Of a DNA stretch of 60,622 bases, positions 13,501 through 25,500 are shown in pieces. The translations under genes and the position numbers were made by a program. The notes beneath the pieces were generated by a model, which saw only the letters and a program-made list of their open reading frames with translations, had not been told where the DNA came from and searched no databases. The stretch's first letter is position 1. Each line of letters opens with the position of its first letter. Source of the stretch: Chiloscyllium plagiosum (Eukaryota); the NCBI RefSeq assembly GCF_004010195.1, contig NC_057719.1:68999159-69059780 (forward strand). Reading direction: 5' to 3'.

Positions 13501-16500
13501 TTCCATGCTGTACATCTCTATTCATCTATGACTTAACACTTTGGGTCGAGTGACCCTTCCTCAAATACCTACTGTGCTTGTGTTGCACATTGGTTGATTT
13601 GGCCACCTTGTGAACCTGGAGCAGGGTCTGTAGATTAATATAACTATCACAGTGGAAGGATTCTGTCTTTTTATTTTTGTTTCTATAAACCGTGGACTGC
13701 AGTGAGAGAGAATTGTTTTAAAACAGGATTTAACAAAATAATTGCATCATTTCACAGCTAGGGATTTGATACCTATTGTGAACTGTGTTTTTGTGGATGC
13801 GGGTTCCTGCTATGTGTAGATGGTCAGGAGCTAAGGAATTGTTTATAGAGTCATTTTCTACATACCTTTAAAAATAAAGTTTAACATTTGGTGCAACTTG
13901 GGGAACAGCAGGACTCAATTTATAACACATTACCCAGTGGTTTGAACTTTAAATCCTTCCACTCCTCTTTCTCAGTCCATGCATATGGCAACTATGTGAC
14001 TCACGTAGACCAAGGCTTAGATATCTCTGGCTTAGAACTGCATTTTTTTTAAAGCTCTTTCAGCAATTAATATTCACAGATCCAGCTTTGTTTAGGTCAT
14101 CAACTCTCATTTTCTCCAAAGGTGGCAGGGTTTGCTTATGTCATGTATCTTTTTGTTTTAGTCAGTTTAGCTATGTTAAATTGAAAGGTAATACTCTGTA
14201 ATGTGAAGAGTGCCTTAATTATTGTCCTAAGTAGCTGATTCTTTCTTAAATATTTCAAAATAGTTTCATAAATCCACGCTGGGAATTCATTTCAGTGCAA
14301 ATCGCATGTGATTAGTTCAGTCGCAATTCATTAGCTCCTCTATTTAAATCTTAGGAGTGAGGAAAAGTGTGGTAAACAAAGTTGGGTTGCTTAGCCTTCA
14401 AAAAGTGTGTTACTTTTGTGCTGATGACCTTGGGTTTGACATATGACTGTCGGTTTTTGACCTTTAAACTGGTTTCTCAAGTCCAGTTGACACTGATTTG
14501 GCTGATGATTAATTTTACACTGCACATTGGCTCATTGAATGTGAACCCTGTGAGCATTCACTTCCAGATTTGTTAAAATGTCATAAAGCATTTGAATTAT
14601 CCATATTTATCTATTTATTTGTAGCTGTTAGAAATGTTGAGGTTCTACACAGGTTTTGAAATTAATGATCAGACTGGAAATGCTCTGACTGAAAATGAGA
14701 TGACTACAATCCATTATGATCTGATCACCTCTCTTCAGGTAAGGGACAATAATGTTTTACTTTATAAAGATTTCCTTGCAAGATAACATTTTGCCAACAA
14801 ATTCTGTTTTGTATACTGAACAACCTCAATTATCCGATCGAGACGGGTGGGGAATATTTTGTTCGGATAACTGATCTGATCATAAAGCAAGTCCTAGTGA
14901 ACATAAAACATAAAAAAAAGCATGTTTGCAGAATTTTTATTTCATTCAATTGATAAAATGTGTACAAACACTGGATGTTGTTTAAAGATTCCTGATATTT
15001 TGCAAATAAAATCACTTTTTGTATGCATCTCTTCACTCCACAATAAGCCACTACATTATACACACCACCTTACACCAAGTTGAAAGGCAGAACAAAGTTT
15101 CCAATTTAACGCTGACAGAAGATGGATATCTTGCTTTGCTCCCCGCCTCACTGGCCAGCCCCTCTCCTTGCTCCATGACACTGATGAAAGGGATTTCTAG
15201 AAAAGATGCTAAAAAAATCCATTTGGACCAGTTGGTCGGCAGATTGTGGAACGCCAGAACAGCCGCAACTCCCCAGATCACAACAGAGTGGCAGTCGGAT
15301 TGCTGGAGTGACTGTGTGGATCAGGCTGCCAGTCCTGGCTGCTGACCGTCTCTAGGCTCAGGTTGTAGGGCAGGGGCTTGCCCCTTAAGGCCGCTTCCAT
15401 TCCTTTGAGCAGCGCTTGTTGCAGGAGGACTCTCCGGGTGGCGGGCAGCACAATGCCCAGGCTCTGTGTGTCCGATCTGGTTCAGAATGTGGCACAGCTG
15501 TGGGTGAAGCTGGTAGAGGCTGAGGACAGCGTGCAGGAAGCCAAGCAGCTTGCACTGCATGGCAGGAAATAATACTAGAGCAACATTCCAGGCTGCGAGG
15601 AGCAAATTGCACAGGACTGGTTAAAATGAGAAGAACCAGACCCTCACTATAACATAAATATGGAAATCCCAGCATTAAACAAGGTCCGTCACAGCGTCTA
15701 AAATCTCAAGATCGTTTGTAAGTTTCCGCTGAACTCAGTGTCGCGATACAAAGACAGAAGCACCACCTCTTTGGTGTAGCGTTTTTATGTGACCTTGAGA
15801 TCTTGTTCAGATGATCCGAAATTTGGATAATTGATATTCTGATAACTGAGGTTGTTCTGTAATCATTGATCACAAGACTCTAAATAATATAATTTGGGCA
15901 TTGCTAACACTTGAGAACTTTTCATCTTGCACTCATCAGAATAATTTGTAAGAATACCAAGTCAAGGAGAAAACGGATATTTGTAATGCATGAGAGGAGA
16001 CAGCTGATTGGTCTCTGAATTGTAGATGCATTTTCATGGAGATTGCTCCAATTAAGGATTTCTGTATACTAATTCTAATAAATTCTTCACTCTAATTAAA
16101 TGCTTGACATAACAAAATGGGAACGTCGAGAGAGAAGTAGTGTTGAAATATTAACTGTTTATCTCTCTCCAAAAGTGCTGATTTCCAGCATTTATTATAA
16201 ATACAATAGTTCATCTCACAAATATGAGGCTAATTAATTCTGTACAAATGGAGAGAAGTGAGCATTTCTATTTGCTATTATTATTCTCATCCAATTTTCA
16301 TATCACTCCATGAGCTTGCCCCTTCCTCACCTCTTGATTTGGATCCAGCCATAACATTCCAAGATGCTTGTGTTCCTTCTGTCTTTGCCTCTTGAGCAAT
16401 CTGAATCACTCCTACATTTATGGACATTTAGTCCCTAAATTCTTGTTCACTCCCTAAACCTTTTTTAGCTTTCTTCCTCTCTTCTCCTTTATGACACCTT

Positions 16501-19500
16501 ACTTGCCTGCTGTCTATTTATATGGCTCAGTGTCAATCGTTGTTTGATTATGTCCAAGTGATTTTGCTCTTTCTGATTTTGCAACTGTTGATATACGAGA
16601 ATCTTTTTTAATAAGCCATTTGGACCATTTTACTACATTGTAGGTACTGCGTAAGTTGATGTGGGAAACATAAATCAAAAAATAACGTGCATTTCCATTT
16701 TACCAAATCCTTCTGTAACCACATATACTTAGAACTTGTATTATTAACACATTTAAATTTAGGAGCTTTATTTAGAATATGAGGTGATGGAATTAGAGTT
16801 CCAAAGTGCTTCAAATAATAAAAAAAATTATGTTTTTTTTTAATGTGACTTTAGGTGCTATAATGTTTGATTTAACATTAACTTCAGTTAGCTGTAGTTG
16901 TTATGTTGTGTCAGAAAACAATATATAAAAATGCCCAAAAATACTAATCCATTAATGTGAGTTTGTTATATTGTACATTTCCTCATCTCTGTCTTTGAAC
17001 TGTTAATATTTTCAAGTCTATACTGGAGCACATTTCAAGAGAAGCCTGTTGTCTCAGAAATCAAAATATTATAGTGTCATAGAGCCATGCAGTATGGAAA
17101 CAAACCGTTTTGTCCAACCCATCCATGCCGAATATTATGTTCACTATTGCTTAATCATTGATATGTTTCATATTTATTATACAGTCTAATTGTGTAAATC
17201 TGTTGCAACTTACTGATTTTCATTGCAGAGGGCAGCATTTGCTCACTTTCCAGAACTACACGATTTTGCTCTGTCTAATGTCGCAGCTGTTGATACACGA
17301 GAATCTTTAGTAAAACACTTTGGATCACTTGGGTAAGTATTTATTTATTTGTCTGGTACAGTTTCTGCACATAGTTGTTGAGTTCACACAATACTTAAGA
17401 CACAAAGTAGACCCAGCATGTTTATGTCAATGTTAATGTCTGTGTGAGCTTCCTCCCTACTTACTTCCTTTCACACCATAAATAGTGCCTTTCTATTCAA
17501 TTTTTCCACATTTTGCTTCCACTTGCATCTTTGCCATTTGCCTCAATCACCCCATATGGTATAAAAAGTTCCACATTTTTTCATGTTTAACTAATATATT
17601 AGAAAACATTTGATTAACCTTCATCTTTTCAACTTCATCCTATTTTCAATTTTGTTTTCCTAATGAAAACTTGGAAGGACACCCTAATGAAGAGCCAAGC
17701 GCGCACAGTATTAAATTTGTTTTGTTTTCCATTTCCAGTCCCAATATACTTCACAAAGTAGCATCGAATCTTTGTCTTTTGCCGTCGCTACCTGAGGCAG
17801 AGAATACCTGTTATGAAAAAGAATTTCTTTTAGAAATGTTGGTAGGTATTGAAGTGAAAAATATGCATTGATTAACGTAACAATAGAATGTTTTTTTTCA
17901 CAGGCGGAAGTTGTTAATGATTTAAAATTTCATTTGCAATGATAGGTGTCCCGACATGAACGCCGGACATCCCAAATTCAACAATTAAATGAGATGCCAC
18001 TTTACCCCACAGAAAAAATAATCTGGGATGAAAACATTGTACCAACAGAATATTACTCTGGAGAAGGTATGATATCTATTTATGCTTGTGGGCAGTTTGC
18101 TTTTTTGGGCAATCTTGTAACCTACTTTTTTTTAAAAATACTTACTTTGTAGGACATATTTTACAATTGTTTGTTTTTTATTATGCCAGGATGCCTTGCG
18201 TTACCTAAACTGAATTTACAGTTTTTGACACTTCATGACTACTTACTCAGGAATTTTAATCTCTTTCGTCTTGAGTCCACATATGAAATTAGACAGGATG
18301 TGGAGGATGCGATCAGTAGACTTAAGCCATGGTGAGTAGTAATGTGAATGTTTATGCCATTGTATTCATACTTGTGTACTTTTTTTTCTCTACGAGCTTG
18401 CCTCCAATACAGGTTTCATTATTATTTTAAATGGTTAAGATGCTTTAAGTAACATTTCTTTTTAATTTCAATGTGCATACATCGATCCAGCATCACTTGG
18501 CCAACATTTTACAAATGGCCAACTGTTGTAAAGAAATGATAACGGCAGCAGTAACTGATGAAGGAGTGCACTGCAAGTATAATCCCTACGTAACATGCAG
18601 ATGTTGCATTTCCCAGTCTAGTTGTGGCATGTTTCAATGCACTTCAGACTGGAGGTGCGGCAGATTCATTTTCAAAAATTCTTGAACAATTTAACCTTCT
18701 ATTTTCTCTTTTTGTTTAAAACTGTGTTTTGAAATTCACCTGATTAATATTTAACCTTTGGGACATAACACTGGCTGGAGTGCAGTGAAAGCGTATTTTT
18801 ATCTTTTCCTGCTAGAACAATTCAGTTTTAGATAAGTCATCAATAACTCAATGTCACAGGTAGAACAGGATGACTAAGAAGGTGTTTAGTACGCTTGCCT
18901 TCATTGCTCAGACCTTCGAGTACAGGAGTTGGGACATCATGTTGAAGTTGTAAAGGATGTTGATGAGCTCTCTTCATGAGTACTTTGTGCAGTTCTGGTT
19001 GCCCCTGCTGTAAGAAGGAAATCATTAAACTGGAGAAAGTTTAAAAAAGATTTGCCAGTATGTTGCTGGGAGTGGAGGGATTGAGTTATCAAAATAGGCT
19101 GGACAGGATTGATCTTTTTTCATTGGAGCATAGGAGATTGAGGATGGAGAATCAGCTCGCCTCCTTTTGGTCCATCTCAGTAAGATGTGATTTTTTTTTA
19201 ATGAAACTATCGTGTCATAATTAAGCATAATTAACTAGGACAAAACAAAAACTCAAAATTACAAGTATTTTTTGAATGAAAGAACAATTTTGTTACATTG
19301 TACTCCCCCCAAAAAAGTAAAAATATATATCAAACATGCGCAAATGGGTAATAATTTAGAAAGATGAGCAGAGGGTGCCTGGTACAGCCAAGAAGGTAAA
19401 GCCAGTTTTAGTTTAAAGTTCTGAGAGTCTTCGAGTTGTGAAAATGACCCGAGTCCTGATTGTTTAGCTGTTGGTTTTTCAGCAGTTGGAATATTTGCAG

Positions 19501-22500
19501 GTATCATTGAGTTCTTGGTGAATGTTAGCTGTTTCAAGTTGCTTTTTCACCAGGCACTGACTTCGAAGTTGGCAAAGAGAGAGAGAGGGGCTTCCACCAT
19601 CTTGTCAACAGTATGCATTTCTTTTTCACTCTCTGCTTTGCTGCTCAAAAACTGTTGCCTAAAATACAGTTTCATTTTTGGATTCTGGTTTCGGTACCAT
19701 TTTCAGGCTGCAGTATTTGCAGGCAACTTTGATTCTAGTGTGTAACTTTCAGAAAGGTATGAATCAACCAGGGGATACAGATCTCAGTTTCAATACCTTT
19801 TATAATAGTTTCTGTTCAGACTGATCCTCCTTTATTGATGGTTTCATGAGCTTGACTCAGTCTGGTCAGGTAATTACAGCTGCTATTTAGGTCAGTAGTT
19901 GTCCTTTTAAAAGTCCCTTGGTCCCTGAGGTCCTCGCATATTAAAATTATTTGGTGAAAATTGAATTGCAATAGTCATGCTTACCATTATCACCAGAAAA
20001 GTCTTCTGAAATTAATCTGGGGGTGCAACACATTAGTCACTTTGCTTGCTCTTTATTACTGAACTCAATCCAACTTTAACCATCTTAAGTTGGAAAATAG
20101 TTTTACGGGGTTGTTTTGTTAGAACGCATTCAAGGTAATTTACTTAACGGTATTTTGGTTGTATTATTGATTTGTTTAATATCTTCATAGGCAGGGGGAG
20201 TATGGAGGAGTTGTATTTGGTGGCTGGGCTCGAATGGCTCAGCCTATTGTGACTTTCTCCATTGTTGAAGTAGCAAAACCCAACATTGGTGAGAACTGGC
20301 CAGCAAGAGTCCGTGCAGATGTGACCATCAACCTAAACGTTCGCTCTCAGATCAGAGACGAATGGGAAGGTAACACCAACCATTTGAGTTATTTTGCAGT
20401 GGCTACGAAGAGTATTGTTTCCTGTTTTGTAGGGTATTGTAATTTTCCCAGATACTGAAGCATTGAATTGAATTACCCACGGAAATTAAAATAAAGTAGA
20501 AAATCTGAAATTGTGCTCTGAGTACATCAAGGATGACTTGTGCTTGTTTAACTAATTATATCTTGCTCGAATGTATAATATATCTATACTGGTTTCGGGT
20601 AGACTTGTATAATTAAAATTACGTTGAATGGATAAATCCTTTCCCTGTTCCAGATAGTCACTCTGTTTGTGTTGTTTGATTGGTCAGTGCAAAGAGCAGG
20701 ATTATGTATATTTCTACTGTTTTTTGTTTTTATATGTTGCATTTTCAATTTTGTAGCACTTCGCAAACATGATGTGTGCTTCCTCATAACTGTTCGACCA
20801 GTATTGACTTATGGCACAAAGTTTGATCGCAAGCAGCCATTTGCAGAGCAGTACGGGCTCGTGTTTGTACGAGGATGTGAAATTCAAGGAATGTTGGATG
20901 AGAAAGGACGGGTCATTGAAGAAGGTACTGTTTTATGTTTTTCATTGAAGAGTTTTTAAAAATTAGAATGACCGAATATGTATCTAGAGCACAATACTAA
21001 GCTATGCATTGTATCTGTTTGGTTCAGTTATGTGCATTTTCACCTTTGAGTTGAGGGTTCTGGATTCCAGAATCACATGTGCAGGATCTAGCTTGATGTT
21101 TTGTTGCAATTCTGAGGATCGCTACATTGTTGAACACTTATCCAATGAGATGTTGAACAGCAACAGTATTATTTGTTCTAATAAATCTAAAAGATCCTGT
21201 GGCATATTTCAGAGCAGAGAAGGGCATTTCTCCCAGTGATATTGGTGAATTACCCATCCAGTCCCAGTAAAAGAAATTACTTAATTATTTATCTCGTTTA
21301 TTGAAGCTTGCTGCATACAAATTATCTCATTTGTCTTAAAAGAAATGACTACAATTCAAAAATACTTATTGGTCTTGAAGTACTTTCCAATGTCCTGAAA
21401 ATGTTGAGATTCTCCATTGAATATGCATGTATTTAACCCTGAGAATACATCACTGTTTACCTCCAGAACTCTTACTGGTCACTTGTGTCCTTTACATAGG
21501 CCCTGAGCCTAAACCAAGGCTGAAGGGAGATTCACGAACCTATCGAGTATGGTTGGATCCCAACCAGTATCAGCAGGACATGAGCTTTTCTGTTCAGAAT
21601 GGAGCGGAAGATGTCTATGAGACCTTCAATATTATCATGAGAAGAAAACCTAAGGAAAATAATTTTAAGGTGATCATAATGCGATTTTCAGTAATACGTG
21701 TTCAGCTTTACATAATTAGCGACTTAAATGTTAATTTTGAGCAGAAAGAATAACCCAGAGAATGAGCATTAAAACCTCATCATGGCAGTTTGGCAATTTT
21801 CATTCGGTTTAAAACTCTTCTATCAGTCAAAGATTAGATTTGATTTGATTTGATTCCCTACAGTGTGGAAACAGGCACTTCAGCCCAACAATTCCACTCC
21901 GACCCATTCCCCTACATTTACCCCTGACTAATGCACCTAACACTACGGGCAATTTAGCATGGCCAATTCACCAACCTGCACATCTTTGGACAGTGGGAGG
22001 AAACCGGAGCACCTGGAGGAAACCCACGCAGACACGGGGAGAATGTGCAAACTCCACACAGACAGTTGCCTGAAACAGGAATTGAACCCGGGTCCCTGGC
22101 GCTGTGAGGCAGCAGTGCTAACCACTGAGCCACCGTGCCGCCCTAAGCTTTACCACAAATCTGCCATATTATTCACAAAATCCACCTGGTTTACTAATAT
22201 CCTTTAGGGAACACCTTCCTGAATCTGGCCTATGTGACTCCAATCTTATACTAAGAATCCACCAACAATTCAAGAACAAGATTGACCACAAAACAAGATT
22301 TCTTGAGACAATTAGAGATAGTCAATAAATGGTAGCCCTGACGGAACTGCCACGTTCTAAGCATGCATGAAAAAATAGCCACACCATTTCCTCCCTGGAA
22401 TTCGTGTTCAGTTTAAATGCAGTTTATCGTTTGAGTAAATTTGCAGTAGAACTGTGCTGTAATTACTGTACACAGTAATGTTATGCTTTGGACCTTAAAT

Positions 22501-25500
22501 TTAAAACGATGGTGTACCTGTTTGGAATTCTTAACCATGTTGACATTTAATGATCACAAATGACCAAAGGTTATCTGCTTTTAAAGCAGCTGCAGTCTTC
22601 ATGCTGATTAACTTTACCAGTGACTTTACATATGAATGTCAGTTTTTTAAATTTCAAATATTCATCCTAAATTAGACTGGAAATTAATGGCGTATGAAGT
22701 CTTGGTTCTGTTGAATATTTTGTTTAAAATACGTTATGTCAAAGACCTCAGGGCATAGTTATCAGAATGGTCCCTTCAAAACTATTCAAACAAAATGCTG
22801 GTGATCTGAAATAAAAACAGAAAATACTAGAAATACTCAGGTCTTGCACGAACTGTGGAAAAGCTAATGATCATTCAAATTTGATGACACTTTATTCAAA
22901 TTCCATTGAAAGGTCATTGACCTAAAGTGTAAAATCTGGTTCTCTTTCCACAGTTGGTGCAAGACCAGCTGAGTTTTTCCAGTATTTTCTGTTTTGCATT
23001 CCCCGATAGCAGACCGTTTGTGTTCTCTGCATTCTTATAACTTTTTAAAGAGCTATACTGGTGTCATAGCACGATTGTCTATGAATTCCTTCATAATTCT
23101 TAATGTTTTATGGATATCTCCACATTTAATAGCTTTCCTGAATCATGCTGTGTGTGTTGAATTGATGGTTTGTTTTATGATTTGAGCTATTATTTCTAGA
23201 CAGGTCAGATCCCAGACTGAAATCTGACTTGAGATCATATTTTGTTTCTGTTTTAGTTTTGTTTTCCAGTGAAACACTAATAACAATGCTGCATTTTCAG
23301 TTTTAACTATAAAATGGAAGTTTATTACACAAAAGGAATAAAATTATAATGGAATAAATTAGATACATTTAAGAATTTTTGAAATACACTTTAAAATAGA
23401 TTCTGAATAATACCAAAAGCACTTCTTTATATTACTCACATGAGAGAGAATTCCCTTCTTTGTCATATCTTTTGGACTAGATTTAACAGTGGCTTCAATT
23501 CCGTGTCTTAAGAATCTGGCAGTCTCTTCCCGGAATCTTCACACAACTGAGTTTAGACTTTCTAAGCTTCAAATAATTCCTTCAGGGTTTTAACCAAACA
23601 TTCCTGTCCTGAAAATTTATAACTGAATTCCTCACACCATAGCCTCTTAACAGTTGTAAACTACCTACCTTTCTCAGGAGCAACTGTTTTACACATCCAT
23701 TTTGAGCCAAGGCTTCTACAAAATTTAGTATAGGAATTGGGGCATCATGTTGTGGTTGTACAGGGCATTGGAGTACTGCACACAGTTCTGGTCATCTTGC
23801 TATAGGATGAATTTTATTAAATTAGAAAGGGTGCAGAAAAGATTTACAAGAACGTTACCAGGACTGGAGGGTTTGAGTTAGAAGGGGAGGCTGAATAGGC
23901 TGGAATTTTGTTTTTCCCTGGAACATAAGAGGTTGATGGTTGACCTTTATAGATGTTTATAAAGTCATAAGAGGCATAAATAAGATGAAGCACAAAGGTC
24001 TTTTCTCTTGTGAGGGGAGTTCAAAACTAGAGGGCTAGGTTTAAAGTAAGAGGGGAAACATTTTAAAGGATCCTGAGGGGCATTTGTTTTTCCCCTCAGT
24101 GTGGTGTGTATACAGAATGAACTGCCAAAAGAAGTGATGGAGGCACACTATTTAGAGACTCTTGGACAGGTACATGAATAGGAAAGGTTTAGAGACATAT
24201 GGGCCAGATGCAGGCAAATGGGATTGTTTTAGTTTGGGAAACTTGATTGACATGGACAAGTCCATGCTGTGTGACTTTATGACGAAAATTCAAAATGAAG
24301 CTTTTATTCAAGGTATGGGTATTTCCCCAAAATCAAAAAAAACTATTCCAGACTCTTCTATCTGAAATCTGGATTAGTGGTGCTGGAAGAGCACAGCAGT
24401 TCAGGCAGCATCCGAGGAGCAATAAAATCGACGTTTCGGGCAAAAGCCCTTCATCGGGAATACAGACAGAGAGCCTGAAAGGTGGAGAGATAAGTGATAG
24501 GTGGAAAAGAAGATAGGCAGGTAGGAGTTGCAGTGGGAGAGGGACTCCCTGAGATTCTTGTAGAGAGAGGAGGAAAACCTCTTCAGGGAGGCATCCTTGC
24601 AAGAGGATTCGCAGTAGGGTTAAAATCAACTAGGTAAAAACAATGACTGCAGATGCTGGAAGCCTAATGCAATACACTGTTTGCTTTGTTTATTCGTAAA
24701 CTTTACCAATATAAACAAAACCATGATATTATTTGAAAATCTCTTTCTAAAACTGCTTTAAAATAAATCACAATAGCAACAGAAGTACCTGCAAGTTCAA
24801 CGTTACACCCCTTCAGACCCACGCACAAAACCATAAGAATTAAGAGCAGAATCTACTCTGCCACTTGATTGTGGCTGATACGTTTCTCAACCCCATTTTC
24901 CTGCCTTCTACCCGTAACCTTTGATCCCCTTATTAATCAAGAACCTATCTATCTCTGTCTTCAGTACACTCAATGACTTGGCTTCTTGTGCCTTCGATGG
25001 CAATGAGTTCCACATATTCACTTTCCTCGGGTTGAATAAGTATTTCCTCATCTCCATTCTAAAGGATCATCCTTTTGCACTGTGGCTGTGTCCTTGGGAT
25101 CTACTTTCTCCTACTAGTGGAAACATCATCTTCACATCCACTCTATGCAAATCTCTCACTATTCTATCAGTTCCAATTAGAACCCTGTCATCCTTCTAAA
25201 CTCCATTGAGTGCAGACCCACAGTCCTCAACTGCTTCCCATATGACAAAGATACCCAGGATCTTTGTTGTAAACCATCTCCAAGACCAGCACATTCTTAG
25301 ACACTGAACCCAAAACTACCTACAATAGTCCGACTAGCGCCTTAAACAATCTCAGCCGTACATCTTTGCTCTTGTATCCATTTTAAGAAGGCTAGAATTC
25401 TAACATTGCACTTGTCTTCCTAAATGTGAACTAAACCTGCATGCTAACCTTAAGAAAACCCTGAACTAAGACTCCTAAATCCTTATGCCGCTAGTCCAAC

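Noticed and set aside
15321..15675. Overlapping 64-96 aa ORFs as an independent nested gene
   Set aside because: They lie inside a TIR element, have stops and frameshifts and lack supported splice structure; kept only as possible cargo
22070..22143. tRNA-like A and B boxes (also near 33400-33469, 38410-38470, 56570-56657)
   Set aside because: They are SINE heads joined to SINE bodies; no complete cloverleaf
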